Source of the DNA: Lama guanicoe
Taxonomy: Eukaryota
Direction: 5' to 3'
Assembly: GCA_013239625.1 (NCBI GenBank)
Contig: MU054187.1
Coordinates: 19,460,711 to 19,524,710 of the forward strand
DNA: 64,000 nt
Shown: piece after piece, positions 1 through 13,347 of the stretch
Numbering within the stretch: position 1 is the stretch's first letter
Layout: each line of letters begins with the position of its first letter
Position numbers and translations under genes: made by a program
The notes under the pieces: model-generated
Databases searched by the model: none
Seen by the model: only the letters and a program-made list of their open reading frames with translations
Told to the model about the DNA's origin: nothing

Positions 1-197
1 AGAAGGAGGCAGAGATTGGGTTAATGCAGCCACAGTCAAGAATTCTCCCCTAGAGATTTTAGAGGGAGCGTGCCTCTGCCAACATCTTGATTTTTGGAGG
101 ACTTCTGGTAAGGAGAACTGTGAGAAAATAAATATCTGTTGGTGTAAGCCATCCAGTTTGTGCTAATTTGTTATGACAACCCTAAAAAGCTAACACA
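1..197 (+). mobile_element. MaLR (MLT1-type) LTR, 3' part
   Basis: AGAACTGTGAGAAAATAAATATCTGTTGGTGTAAGCCATCCAGTTTGTG...CTAACACA is a typical MLT1 3' end. Confidence 0.8.
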
Positions 198-204
198 TTT
201 CCCC

Positions 205-335
205 TCCTGTAATGTAAACTCCTGGAGAGCAGTAACTGTGTTTTGTTCATTGCTATCGCTTTCCACGCATGGAACAGCGTGCCTTGCACGTAGCAAGTAC
301 TCAGCAAATGCTTGTTGAATGGATGAGTGAATGGA
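205..335 (+). mobile_element. L2 LINE 3' end
   Basis: TGTAAACTCCTGGAGAGCAG...CTCAGCAAATGCTTGTTGAATGGATGAGTGAATG. Confidence 0.75.
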
Positions 336-1369
336 AATAAGGAAATGTATCTCCAGCCTATTCAGAAGATGTAATTTATTTTGAATAACTTTAATAGTCT
401 TTACGAAACTGTCTGCCCCAGAGAACCATTTTCTGGTTCATCCTCACTCTGGGACAATAGTATGCTGAGCTTAAGAGCTGAGACTCTGAACTTTGACAGA
501 CTTGGATTAAAACTCTGGCTATGGAATCACCAGCAAGTGTGAAACCGGACAAGTTAATGAACATTCCTAAGCCTCAAAGTCCACATTCTCTATCGGGAAA
601 ATGAAATGAAGTTAAAAGCAAACAAACAAATTTCTAATATAATGCTCAACCATGTAAGTTTATAGTAAATCACGTAATTATAATTCACTGGGATTAGTGG
701 GGAATACGCTGAAATCTTACAGCCTCAGTTGTCTTTTAATTTTAAAGTCCTTTGAAATGACATCTACTTATCATGACATTATTAAGAATTTCAATCAAGG
801 AAGTCCTTTCTAAATGGAAAATTTCCTAATACAGTATTTTAATATTTGCGTGTTTACTTCTGTGGACCACATTTAAGCCACAACAATTTTTGTAGTAAAT
901 ATTGCAAGTTGCTGGGAGTTCCAAGTTGTAAACTAAAATCAGCCCTATCTGAGCAGGCTGCCTCACCCACTGTTTCAGGGAGACTGACAAGCGATTGGCC
1001 TCTCCACTTCTCTGCCCTTTGGCCGTGCTCTCCTTGATCTGTCACAGTTTTGTTATCTTGTGAAAATAAATGAACTTCCTGCTCTTTATGTCATGATTTA
1101 GTGCTTAAAGATCACATACTGTTCTTGTCTGTCACTCAGGGATACAACTTTTCAAAAACATACTTATGCATTTGCATAAATTAGCATAATATTGTAATAG
1201 AGACAAAAATTCCTTAGCTACTCTATCACAACTTAAAAATAAAGTTAAATAAACCTGATGGAAACATCTTTAAGATTATGAGGAAGTAGCTGGGTAATAA
1301 AATTATGTAGTGGTGCCAAAGAAGGAGGCAAAGAAGGTGACGCCTTTAGAAGGCAAGACAAGTGTTCTT

Positions 1370-1772
1370 TTTTTTTTAAATTGAAGCATAGTTGATTTAC
1401 AATGTTGTCTTAGTTTCTGGGGTACAGTATAGTGATTCAGAGATAGATATATATATTCTTTTCATTATAGGCTATTACAAGGTATTTTTTAAAATTTTTT
1501 ATTGATTTATAATCATTTTACAATGTTGTGTCAAATTCCAGTGTTCAGCACAATTTTTCAGTCATTCCTGGACATATACACACTCATTGTCACATTTTTT
1601 TTCTGTGAACAAGGTATTGAATATAGTTCCCTGTGCTGTACAGTAGGAGCTTGTTGTCTATCTGTTTTATATTTAGTGATGTGTATCTGCAAATTCCAAG
1701 CTCCCAGTTTATCCCTACACCCCCTTCCCCAACCATAAGTTTATTCTCTGTCTGTGAGTCTGTTTCTGTTTT
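1370..1772 (-). mobile_element. 5'-truncated artiodactyl-type L1 3' end with a nested younger insertion
   Basis: L1 3' UTR motifs; perfect 15-bp TSD AAGACAAGTGTTCTT at 1355-1369 and 1773-1787. Confidence 0.88.
1487..1608 (-). mobile_element. Short (~120 bp) L1 3'-tail insertion of a second, younger subfamily
   Basis: TSD ACAAGGTATT at 1477-1486 and 1609-1618; homologous to 55761-55812 and 61288-61403. Confidence 0.8.
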
Positions 1773-2219
1773 AAGACAAGTGTTCTTGACCTGTTTTATT
1801 ATTTTGTTCATTGACCTGAAAAATATTTATTATAAATTAATTCTCAAACTCAATTACTTTAAACCTTAATTTTCTTCTAAGGGATTATATTTCTCAAGGA
1901 GGGGGGCGTAAAATAATTTTTGGGTTTGGAGACAATATTGACTATATATTGTATAAAATCTCACCTCCTTACCCTGGCCGGGAGGATCCTGCCTGCTCGA
2001 CCTCATGCAGGCCCCACTGTGCACCAGGCTCCCACCCCAACAGTTTGCTTTCTGTTCCTCAGGGTTGTTCTCCCTCGAACCTTTGCACTAGGTGCTCCTT
2101 TGGCCTAGTAATGACTTCCCCTGATACACATATGGTTGGTTTCCTCAGAGAGGCTTCCCTAAGTGCCTGCTAGCACATTACCCTGGTTTTATTCTTTGCC
2201 CAGAACTGATATTTTTCTT

Positions 2220-2240
2220 GGTGTGTGTGTGTGTGTGTGT
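2220..2240. repeat. (GT)n microsatellite
   Basis: About 10 GT units seen directly. Confidence 0.95.
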
Positions 2241-3029
2241 TTGCCCATTTGCTAGTGACCTGGTCATCTTCCCATCCCATTAAAACATAAGCTCCATGTA
2301 AACAAGGTCTTGGCTATTTTGTATGCTGCTGTCTACCCAGTGCCCAGAACAGTTGAGTCTAACCTAGGAGACGCTAGTAAATGCATATTAAATATAATCA
2401 AGGCAATAGCTTCCTATATATTTCTTTTATTGTTAGTTTCTCTTCTCAGTTCTAGGTAGTCCAGATTCTGATTTCAAAATTCTAAATTCAGTCTGCAGTA
2501 TTACAAATTGTGACTTCTGGAACTTCAGGATGATATTTATCATTAGTATGTACCATTTTGGCACCAGATACCAGTACATCCAGATGCTGGCCATGAAGTT
2601 CCGGGAGGGATGCGATTGGAGAGCATTTGGCTAAGGGATTTAGGACTAACAGCATTCCCTTGGGAGAAGTACATGCAGAGAAACTGACAAAAGCCAAGGA
2701 CAGCTTTATTATGCATGGTTCTGGCACCTCAGATCCCAGTGCCAGGTTGCTGATAGAATGCACTAGAGCAAGCAGTGCAAGTCCCCGGCCAGAGACGTGG
2801 TGGTGGCGGGGGGGGGGCAGCACCACCTGACAGCTTTATCTTCTCAGGCTCAGACAAAAATCATGGTATTTTATCACTCTGTCCAACAGCAAGATACAAA
2901 TGATAGTGAATGTCTGACACTCCAGAGACGGGTGTTGGCTCGGCTCCTTTTGTGTGGGAGAGGCCCTTTGCTCCTTAACTATTCCAGACACGTGGATTTA
3001 GAAAGAACTACATACGGTAGATAAACCCC

Positions 3030-3960
3030 TTTCCAAACAGTGGTGCAGAGTCTTAAAAAGTTAGACACACATTTACCAGATGACCCAGCCATCCCACTCC
3101 TAGGAATTTATCCAGGATAAATGAAAAACATGTTCACGCAAAGACTTGTATTCGAATGTTCCTAGAGGCTTTATTCGTGGTGGCTAAACACTAAAAATAA
3201 GAAAATGTTTGGCACTGGTGAAAGGATGAGCAAATTGTAGTATCTCTCTATAATGAAATGTTACTCAGCAATAAAAAACCTCCACTAATCTAAAAAATAG
3301 TACAAATGAATGTACACACAAAACAAAAACAGACTCACAGACGTAGAAAACAAACTGTGGTTACCATAGAGGAGAGAGGAGGGGAAGGGACAATTTAAGG
3401 GTACAGAATTAACAAATACAAACTATCGCACATAAAATAGATAAACAACAAGAATTTACTGTATAGCACAGGGAGTTATACTCATTATTTTGTAGTAACT
3501 TATAATGGAATGTAATCTGCAAATATACTGAATCCCTATGCTCTACACCTGAAACTAATACTGTAAATCAGTTACACTTCAATTAAAAACCATCTACTGA
3601 CATGCACAATAATGTAGATGAATCTTAAAAACATTGCATGAAGTGAAAAAAGCCGGGGGGTGGTAAAAAAGACTATGTGCTTTTAATCATTTCATCTTAT
3701 GCTATTTTAGAAAAAGAAAAGCTAGAATGACAGAAAGTAGAGTTTTTGCATTAGGAGCCGAGGATTTGGGAGAGGGGTCGGGGGAAAGGTGTTGTTTGCA
3801 CAGGAGAACGTTCAATTTTTGGAGTCACGAGAAACCTTCACAATAGTGGCTGTGGACACACAATTGTGTACACTTGCCAAAGCTCATCAAAGTGTACGCT
3901 GAAAACCGGTGAATTTATTTTATATTAATCATACCTCAATAAAGCCGATTAAATATATTA
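3030..3960 (+). mobile_element. Old L1M 3' region interrupted by a younger L1 3' end (~3287-3590)
   Basis: GACCCAGCCATCCCACTCCTAGG ORF2-end motif, ending CCTCAATAAAGCCGATT. The internal block ACAGACTCACAGAC...TACACTTCAATTAAAAA is the younger L1 tail. Confidence 0.8.
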
Positions 3961-5584
3961 AAAATACGTCTCTATAAATACTCTGGAATCTGATACAAAG
4001 ATATTTGTATTTCTTCCTTTGGAAGAAGAGAAGGCGAAGAGGAAGACGGTAGACTTTTTGTTTCCATTTACGAGAATAGCCTCTGGGGAGTGTTTTAGCA
4101 AAAGTTCAATGGGCAACATACTTTCTGTTTCATTCAACATGGCTTTGAATGGTTCTTCTCATTTCACATTTTGGAATTACAAATTCTTCTTTGTGTTCTT
4201 CAGTGATCTTTTTTCTTTTAAATAGGACTGGGGCCTGGGCAGGGGGCATGGGAGGGGAGTGAGCTGCCCCCAAGGTCATTATCCCAAGAGCACTTTCTAG
4301 GAAACAGGAAATAGGTGTCAAAGACTTTCATGGTTTGTGTCTGTAAGTTGTCACCTTGGCCTGATGTGTCCCTTATACATTTAGAGTCCCCATAGTGAAC
4401 CCTTCATGTTCACAAAAGCCCCAGTATATAGTGATTGGGGTAGAGTCTACGTTTTAATCTCAAGGATCATAGGCACGTCCCCTTGGTCTATTCACAGCTT
4501 GAAGTTGGGCACCTCTATTAGTGAATTTCATTAGAGTCAGGGCCATTAATAGATCTTTGAGCAAATTTTGCTTGAGTTTTGACTTCAACCTGAAAAACAG
4601 ATGACAATGATAAAATGAGGTTTTTATCATTTACCAAAAGAGGATCTGCTTCTTAAATTTATTTTTTGGATGTTTCTCTTTAATTATCCCTGTTAAATAT
4701 TTGTACCTATTTAACTTAAATTAAATAGTTGCACATCTGACAGGGTGGAGGAATGTGTAAAAGTCAACCCAGGGCAGACAGGTGGTGCCTAACTAGGTCA
4801 GACCTTCTCTGGGCTATGAAACACCTCTCTCAGTCCCTAGAGAGTATTCATTCCCTAAAACTAGGTGTACCACTCCAGATTGACTGTAGTAGACAGAAGC
4901 ATGAGAATCGGAAACCAGAGAGATCTTCAACTACAAGAACCAGGCTTACCGTGAAGGAAGAACTGAGAAGACTCCTGTCTTCTTTAGTTTTATTTTGTAG
5001 ATTATAGATTTCCAGCTATGTGGGAAATTATTTTGAGTGTTTGTGATTCTCAATCTAGAAAACTGAAAAATTCTCCTTTTAAGGCTTAACTATGTAGGGA
5101 TGCATAATATTCCTGTCCCAATCTGCTTAATTTGGAGACAAGTAGCTATTTCTAACCTTTGCTAAATCCCATAAGGGCTTCCAAGACTTGACCGCACCCA
5201 GTCCAAACTCTATCCAAGCTGGGCCAGTTCTGCCATCTAGTGACCACCTTGCTGAACTACATTGGCAGGGCATTCATTTACCCAGGCTTACGGCTCAAGC
5301 CCAAGAATTTAATTTAGTAAGTCATGTGATTAATTTTGGCCTTCGTGTCTTTTCATTCCTACCTACTATCTATATACAGTATTACATATATAGTATATAT
5401 AGGGAAAATTATTTGATATTTCTGTGACTCAGTTTTTTCATCTGTGGAATGGGGGTAAGCCCCTATCTCCTGTGATTTTCATGAGGCACATGTGAGATAA
5501 TAAATGGAAAATGCTTAACAAAGTGCCTAGGTACAGGTGAATCCTGAATAAAGATTTGATGTTGTTATTATATATGTATTTTAC

Positions 5585-5681
5585 ATTTATTTATTTATTT
5601 TTTAATGGAGGTACTGGGGATTGAACCCAGGGCTTTGTGCCTGCTAAGCAAGCACTCTACCACTGAGCTATACCCTCCCCC
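5585..5681 (-). mobile_element. tRNA-Ala-derived SINE (Vic-1-like), short form
   Basis: Reverse complement reads GGGGAGGGTATAGCTCAGTGGTAGAG...GGGTTCAATCCCCAGTACCTCCA plus a (TAAA)n tail. Confidence 0.9.
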
Positions 5682-6021
5682 ATTATAATTTTTATTATAA
5701 TTATAATTATAATTATGCAAGTCTAGAACTGAAAATAAAAAAAGGCCAAAACATGGGAAATCAAGCTATGGATATATGAGTATTTCAGAATAAATTAAGT
5801 ATATAACATTTCAAGCCTGGAAGAGAATCAAGTTTATTTAGGCTTTTCGTGTACACTGCCAACAAGTGCATTATTGCAGTTCGTTATGCTTGCCTCATTC
5901 CAAGTCTTTTCCCAGCTTCACACTGAATATTCCCATCACAGCAGACAACTCACTACTCTGCATGCATTTTAATACCCTTCTTCCTCTTTCTGAAATATTC
6001 TCCTTCACATCTTTTAAATGT

Positions 6022-6170
6022 ATTTTATTTTGGGGGGGTGGTAATTAGGTTGGTTTGTTTGTTTATTTATTTATTTTTTTTACTGGAGGTACTGGAGGTA
6101 CTGGAAGTTGAACCCAGGACCTCATGCATGCTAAGTACCCACTCTACCACCGAGCTAGACCCTCCTCCCC
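6022..6170 (-). mobile_element. tRNA-Ala-derived SINE (Vic-1-like), long form
   Basis: tRNA-like head, (AAAT/AAAC) tract and CCTAATTACC-poly(C) tail; internal tandem repeat of ACTGGAGGT. Confidence 0.9.
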
Positions 6171-6639
6171 TCCCTTATATCTTTACACTTCACAATCCTA
6201 ACTCCTAGCTCAAACGTCGGCTTCCCGTACACATCCCTCTAGTGCTGTGGAGCGGAGTCAAATCCCATACAGCCTTTTGTGCTCATCTCTATCAGAGCAT
6301 CTGACACAGACAGGCTGTGTTGGAGAGAACTGGGAATCCCGTGTGTACAGCCATGAAACTGGAGTGTCAAGTGCTTGCTGTGAGGTTCTGCGTATTATTT
6401 TTGTATCTTCTTTCCCACAACCCAATGCCTAACACAAAGACTTCAGCAATGGGTGTTCCATTTTCTGTTGCTGAATTGAATTAAAAACTTGGCAAGCAAA
6501 TACTTAGAGCAACTTTTTAAGAAGGCTGAATAATTCTCAGAGGCTTTAAATATATATCAGACCAAATTGGCCTAATAGTTTCAGTTGGCAGGGTTAGTCT
6601 ATCATAATATGCTTTTGGATTTAAAAATTAAGTAATAAT

Positions 6640-6815
6640 TTATAACATTAGTATTATATTAATAATTATTAGATCAGTTTATGTATTATCACATATAAAT
6701 ACACTTATATATGTAATTACTTACATATAATTTATGTATTTATACAAATAATATATTAATAATATACCATTGTATTAATATTATTAATATAATAAATTTC
6801 ATTAAAGAATATTTC
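6640..6815. repeat. AT-rich low-complexity tract
   Basis: Very high A+T content with degenerate TA repeats. Confidence 0.8.
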
Positions 6816-7444
6816 AAAATTGCTAGCAAGTAAAAAAATGGCTCTACTATCTAAATATTATTAATATTTGACATATTTTTCAATATCTTGTTTGTACAAT
6901 GTTTTTTATTTCATGGTTGTGATCCATGCCTATTTGCAGTTATACACCCTGATTTTTGAATTTAACATACTTAAAATATTTTCCCATTATATTATTTTCA
7001 CATTCAAAGCATAATTTTAAAAAGCAGAATTCCACTGAATAAATGTGCCATCGTGTACTTATTATATCTTAGGCATTTAGCTTGTTTATCATTTTTTTGC
7101 TATTATACTGTAATAACACAAGTACATCTTTGGGCATAAAGCTTTTCCTTTATTTAGTATTTGCTTTTATGAGTCTCAGGAGTATAATCCCTACTGACTT
7201 TCTTATCATAGTAAGTCCTGACGGACCAAGAATTGAAATATTGTAATAAACTGAACATCCTGTCAATAGAAAGATAACCAGAAAATGGGTTTAGACTTAT
7301 AATGGATCCAGGTCCCCATTATGAACTTTGACCACCCAGAACGTATTGAAGATGAGAAGAAAGAAAGGCTTTAGAAGATTAGGCTGAGAAAGCACAAAAG
7401 GCATACTGTTTTCTAAAGCCATTCTCTGATATTAAATATTTCCT

Positions 7445-7650
7445 TTATTTATTTTTAAATTTTTAATTGAATATAGTTGATTTACAATATTGTGTTAGTT
7501 TCAGGTGTACAGTGAAGTGTGTATGTGTGTGTATATATATATATATATGCTGTCAGATTATTTTCCTATATAGGTTATTAAAAGATACTGAACAGAGTTC
7601 CCTCTGCTCTATAGTAAATCTTTGTTACTTATCTATTTTATGTATAGTAA
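7445..7650 (-). mobile_element. Short L1 3' end
   Basis: TTTTAATTGAATATAGTTGATTTACAATATTGTGTTAGTTTCAGGTGTACAG. Confidence 0.8.
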
Positions 7651-9707
7651 TTTATTGCTTCTTTGTGTGTGTGTTTTGTCATTTAATTTTATAAGTGAAA
7701 TACTCAGACCCAGTATGTATTAGCTAACGTCACTTCTTTTCATTTTTTAACTTTTTTTAAAGTCAACAAAAATATCAAACAACATTTGAATTGATGAAGG
7801 TAGTTCTCACGACATTCGTTAATTGCAACCATAGGTTGATACAGTTACAAGAGTTGGGCAAAATTCAATGAAAACATTCAGTGATAATCAATGAGATATA
7901 TGGAATTTACAATTAAGCATCCTGTATATTTTATTACTACTTGTAAATTGTGTGCTACACATCCTTAACTTATAATGCATATATATAATACATATATATA
8001 AGTTTTTTGAGAAGCAATTAAATATTTATTAGCACACTACTATGGAAAAGTGAGCAAGTAAAAGCATTTTGACTTCGTATCTTTCTTCCACAGAGAATGA
8101 TTCCTTTGGTTCCTGAATGTATTCTTTATACATCTATTAATTTATGTTTTAAAATGTGTGGAAGTTTGCGCTATGCCAGGTACTTCTGCTAGGTGTTATC
8201 TCATCAGAAATTAATACATTTCTTAAAAGGACTTTTACAGTGGGAAAAAGACAAACAATAATGCCATATGAAACTTACTTTGTAGGAGTAGGAATAGGCC
8301 AGCCTTGGGAGCAAAATGGGGGCATTAGTTCTGTCTGTGGTAAGAAGACGTCACAAAGGAGCTCACGCTTGAGTCATGAATGTTGTAGGAGTTTAATAAG
8401 TGGGCTTCAGAAGGATTCCATTCAGGAAGACCGATGTATTCACGGGTGTGGAAAAAAAATGACAAGGAAAAATGGAAGAATTCTTCGTGGCTGAAGGAAG
8501 AGCTTCTATGGAGGGAAGGAGCAGGAAAGCATGCTGTAAAGATAAAATGAGCTTAGATTCTGAAGGGTTTTCTTTGTTTAAATTCAAAAAAAAAAAATCC
8601 AAACCAAGAAGTGTGTATTTCTTGTTGTAACCTACTAGAAGCCATTTAAGGTTTTCTTCTTCCTCGTCTGCTTCCGCCTCCTCCTTCTCTTCCTTCTCCT
8701 CCTCTTATCCTTCTTCCTCTTTTTAAAGCAAAAGAATGGCATTAAAATAACAGCATTCAGTAATGGAGACTGTACGCCAGGCATGTTCCTTGAGCATTTT
8801 ACATGAGACGTTTTCACGACAATGCTATGAGACAGTACGGTCGTTTTCTTGAATAATAAAGAAAAAGAAATGAGGTTTGGAGAAGATAAGTAATTTGTCC
8901 AAAGTCACAGCTCGTAAGCGGCCAAATGGAAATACAGACCTGAGTATTGCTGACGGCAGAGTCCAGCCTCTTAACCACTCTGGTCTTTTGCCTCTTCCGA
9001 GTAATATTTTAGAAAGATCACTGTGGTGTCTGGACAGAGGTGGTTTATAGCAGAGAGAGAGTCAGAAGTCAGAGAGCCCATTTGTGAAGCTATTGTAAGA
9101 GTACAGGACTGAGGTGATGAGGCCAGAACTTGGCAGGGATAACAGAGGCTATGAAAGTAACAGTCGTATGTGTAAGGCCTGGATAAAAAGAAAATTACTG
9201 CAATTCTGGGAAAGAAATAGATAAATTCCACCAAAAAGAGTGGAAATTTCCTCATTTGTGGTACCTGCCTTTTGGGGAATGTCTATCATATTGTTCTAGA
9301 AAAAAGTTGTACTTCTCCAACTGGCCTGGGATAATGACATTTCATTCTCCAAATCTGGCTTAATGCAGTCTTTAATCACAGGGTTATATTTAATATACAG
9401 AAAATCGTATTCATGGAAAATTGTGTTCAGGTCATCTGTTCAACACAGTGCTAGGTCCTGGGGTACACAAAGTCGGGCAGACTGAAAACATCCCCTTACA
9501 AAGCTTTCAGCCAAGAAGGGTTGGGAAGGTCAGTACAAAGTAATCACAATGCTGGCAAACGGACCCTGTGTCCTTCTAGGTGCGGACAAGGCACCCTGGG
9601 AGTCCCCAGGGAGGGGAGAGTGCTTCTCGTTGTGGCATATGGGCAAAGTCCAGAGACACTTTTGTGGAGGAAGCTTGCGTTTAAGCTGTGCAAGAAGGAC
9701 TTTGGCA

Positions 9708-9824
9708 GTGGGAATGCAGAGCTCGGTGGTGGAGCGCATGCCTTGCAAATACAAGATCCTGGGTTCAATCCCCAGTACCTCCATTAAAAATAAATAAATG
9801 AATAAAACCTAATTACCCACCTCC
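9708..9824 (+). mobile_element. tRNA-Ala-derived SINE (Vic-1-like), long form, diverged
   Basis: GCTCGGTGGTGGAGCG...GGGTTCAATCCCCAGTACCTCCATTAAAAATAAATAAATGAATAAAACCTAATTACC. Confidence 0.88.
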
Positions 9825-10394
9825 AGTAAAATCTGGAAGAATATAATTTAAGAAAAAGAAAAAGGAATTTTGAGCTGAGTGGCCTTGAATTCCAGGTGGA
9901 AAGAAGAAAATCATCCAAGACGCTGAGGAAGGCAAGTGTAGGGGGTACTGGGGAGCAGCAAAGAGTGATCCAAGGTGGCGGGGCACAAGAGGTGTGCGTC
10001 GGTGAAGAGGGGCGGCAAGGCAGGAGGGGTGCCAGCGCCGCAGAATGCCGAACCCAGCCATTGGGCGGGTTCCAGAGCAGGGCTGTAGGACAGGTACTCT
10101 TTAGAAGGAGCGTGAAAGTGAATCCTCTAGATGGAAGAAAAATGTTTTATTGAGAATCACTGGCTTGTAAACACATCTGGGTCCTCACACCCTCCAATAT
10201 CCACACAGTCTTGATGGCATCCGGCACAGTGCAGATGTGCAGTAAATATTTGTTGAATGAATGAATGAATGACTTCTACCCTTCCCTCAGTATGTATGAT
10301 GGGGAAGGAGATCTGCTTTTAACCAAGTACTCATCTTCCGGAGAAGAAGCTTAAAGTAATTGCTCGCGTGAGCTCTGGAGTCAGAAACAGCTTC

Positions 10395-10586
10395 TATATG
10401 TAAAATAGATAAACAACAAGGTCCTACAGTGTAGCACAGGGAACTATATTCAATACCTTGCAATAGCTAATAATGAAAAAGGATATGAAAAGGAATATAC
10501 ATTCGTGTGACTGAATCACTATGCTGTATACCAGAAATGAACACAGCATTATAAACTGACTACACATCAATTTAAAGAGAAAAGAA
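10395..10586 (+). mobile_element. Short L1 3' end inserted in a MIR
   Basis: L1 tail; TSD AAACAGCT(T/C)C at 10385-10394 and 10587-10596. Confidence 0.82.
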
Positions 10587-12882
10587 AAACAGCTCCACAA
10601 TTCGCTGAGGAGGAACGATCAAATTATCTCTTGTGGGGCCTCATTTCCTCATTTTAAACTGAGAACAAAATTGAACCTACCTAGTAAGGTTGTGACATTT
10701 TAAAAGCCTGGCATAGAAAGCACCGCCAAAGTGAGCTATTAACTGGGCAACGTTAGGGTTCTGGCTTAGCACTCAGAGCTGCTGTTTTAGGCTTCCGGCC
10801 CCACTGGGCCTATCAAGAGATTATTCTACCTCATCCTCACATCTGTCTTCCCAATATTTTACTTCACTCCCAGAAATGCAGAAAGCAAAGGATCATAAAC
10901 ATAAAAATCATCACTTTTCCTTACCCTACCTGATTGAAACCCTTTTCATAAGGCAGGCTTCACCAGCTGCCCGCTGGCCCCATCAGCTCTTACAGCCCAC
11001 TGCCCAGACCATCTGCTGTGCACCACGGTGAGCCATATGGAACCGAGCCCCCACTTCTTTGGAAATGCCTATCTTGTTTCTTCTGTGTGTTCTTTGCTTG
11101 GCTGTACTTCGCTGGTCTCTGGAATGCAGTCACAGTTCCTTTATTTTCCATCCTTGAAAGGAAAGTTAATGACTTAAATTTTATTAGGAGAGCCTTGAGA
11201 TTGTGCATCTTAACCCTCATGTTCAGTAATGACCAGAAACTTCACTGAAAGCCCTGTGACATTTGTGACACCAGATAAATAATTCAGAAATCACAGTTCT
11301 ATAATTCTTCCCTACACCTGTCTCTGTTTTCTACAAAGGGAATAATATTACATTGCCTTCCTTCTTTCCTCTGATACTTTAAGCTGCAATTATCTTCTGC
11401 CAAGCTTAGAACAGCAGGTGTAACCCTGCTGAGATGATTAGTTCTTAACTGTGCAGGTTATTAGCTGCACAGACAATTATATGCAAACCAAGATATGGTT
11501 TGGCTTCTACTGGGATAATCTCAATGAGATTTACAAATATGAAGGAGATTTCTAAGCTCTCCTTGAAACTCATAGCAAAAGTGCTTGTCTCTTGAAAGTA
11601 GAAGCTTAAATTGAACCTTAATCAGGTTTCAAAAATAACTTTTGAGGATTTTTGTATAAATAAATATTGGTGTAAGATTACTTATTTAAAAAAATTAATG
11701 GAACAGAAAAATAACTTTTCAAATAGAATAGAGGTACAAGGATACAACCTTAGCTGATTTTCAGCAAAATTGTGAAATGAAACAAGTGAATTTTCGGCTG
11801 TCTTAACATTCTTGCCAGCCTTCTCAGATTTTGTTCCCACTGTGGCCCCAAGCCACTTACAAAACAAACTTTTTTTCTATCATAAGAAAAAAATGTATTA
11901 AAATCCTAGGACCTTAGTATAAATTAATTAAAAATCGTCAAGCCCCTGAAGATAAAACAATTCCATGCTTTACAGAGGCATCTCAGAGGAAGAAATAAGC
12001 AATTAACCTTCATTCTCACCATAGGATAATTTCCTTCTTCAGTTCTTTTTCTTTTAGGCAGTGATTCTACTTCCATAAAAAGCAGAAGCTATTTTCCTTC
12101 CAATCTTTTCCAGGATCAACAAACTAGCATTCCTGTTAGCCTCGTCTTTCCCCAAGCACTTACCGTATATTGCCACATATGTACTTTTTTGGGTCCTGCT
12201 TAATGAGCTCAGATACAAAGCTCACTTAACTGTGTCTTGTTCTTTGTATGCCCAGTTACAGACACAATGCCTGGGACACCTAGGTGTGTGACAAATGGAT
12301 TTGTGCTGATGATCTTGTAAAGTCCCTCACTTACAACGAACAGAAAGCCTTGCATGGACTGAAGATATCTCTGCAGTTAATTGCTCCAAACAAAGTGAAA
12401 GCTGATGGGTTTGTGGTTCTCAACATTTTGTGTTTATACATACTTTAAAGTTCTTACATTTCTGGTGGTTCATTTTAAGGGACTAACAAAACAAAACAAG
12501 CTTAATAATTCAGTGACAAATATAACCTATAGGTAATATTTTGCAGCCAGGGGTCAGGGCAGGCTCCCTGGGATGACATTGGCAAGGAGGAACTTGAATT
12601 CTCCCCTTAACCCACAGAGTCTTCATCAACTTCCCCCTTGCTGTAAGCCACCCCAATAATATACAGTTTAAATCAAAGATGGCTCTGGCTATACAAACCC
12701 AGTTTACGTTTCTCCTACCTTCACCTTTCAAGCAGATCACCAACCTATTTAGAAATGCGTAGTCACTACTGGTTAATGTTAGATCCAATACCGTCTATTT
12801 CGTGATGTCTCACCTGCCTCACCCAAGCTCTTTTATAACTCAAGAGGCAAAATTCTCTTACATTCCCTTAAACACTCTCTTT

Positions 12883-13036
12883 TTTTTTTTTAAAGGGGAA
12901 ATTTTTTGGACTGACGGTGGTAATTTGATCTTTTTATTTATTATTATAATTTTTTAATGGAGGTACCGGGGATTGAACCCATGATCTCGTGCATGCTAAG
13001 CATACACTCTTCCACTGAGCTATATACCCTCCCCAC
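12883..13036 (-). mobile_element. tRNA-Ala-derived SINE (Vic-1-like) with TSD
   Basis: SINE body on the minus strand; TSD AACACTCTCTTT at 12871-12882 and 13037-13048. Confidence 0.9.
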
Positions 13037-13347
13037 AACACTCTCTTTCTTTGGCACTGATCATCGCGCTTACCTTTTACCTGCAGCCAAACGCACTCTT
13101 ACTCTACACCGCACCGCACACAAAATTCAGAGTCTGGCAGACAGCGGTGTATGTAACAGCAATAATATTTGTAGCAAATCTGGAAGAAAAGGTGGGAAAC
13201 TTGCGGAAGGCCCGCAGCACCTCACTGACTTAACAGCCATGGAAGCTTTGTCAGCAGCTGTGAAGAGGTGTCAGCTGGCATGCGAGACTCCCCTCAGAAT
13301 CAGGGTCCCTTGACTTCCTTCCTTGAACCCTTCATGTCTCCCTTACC

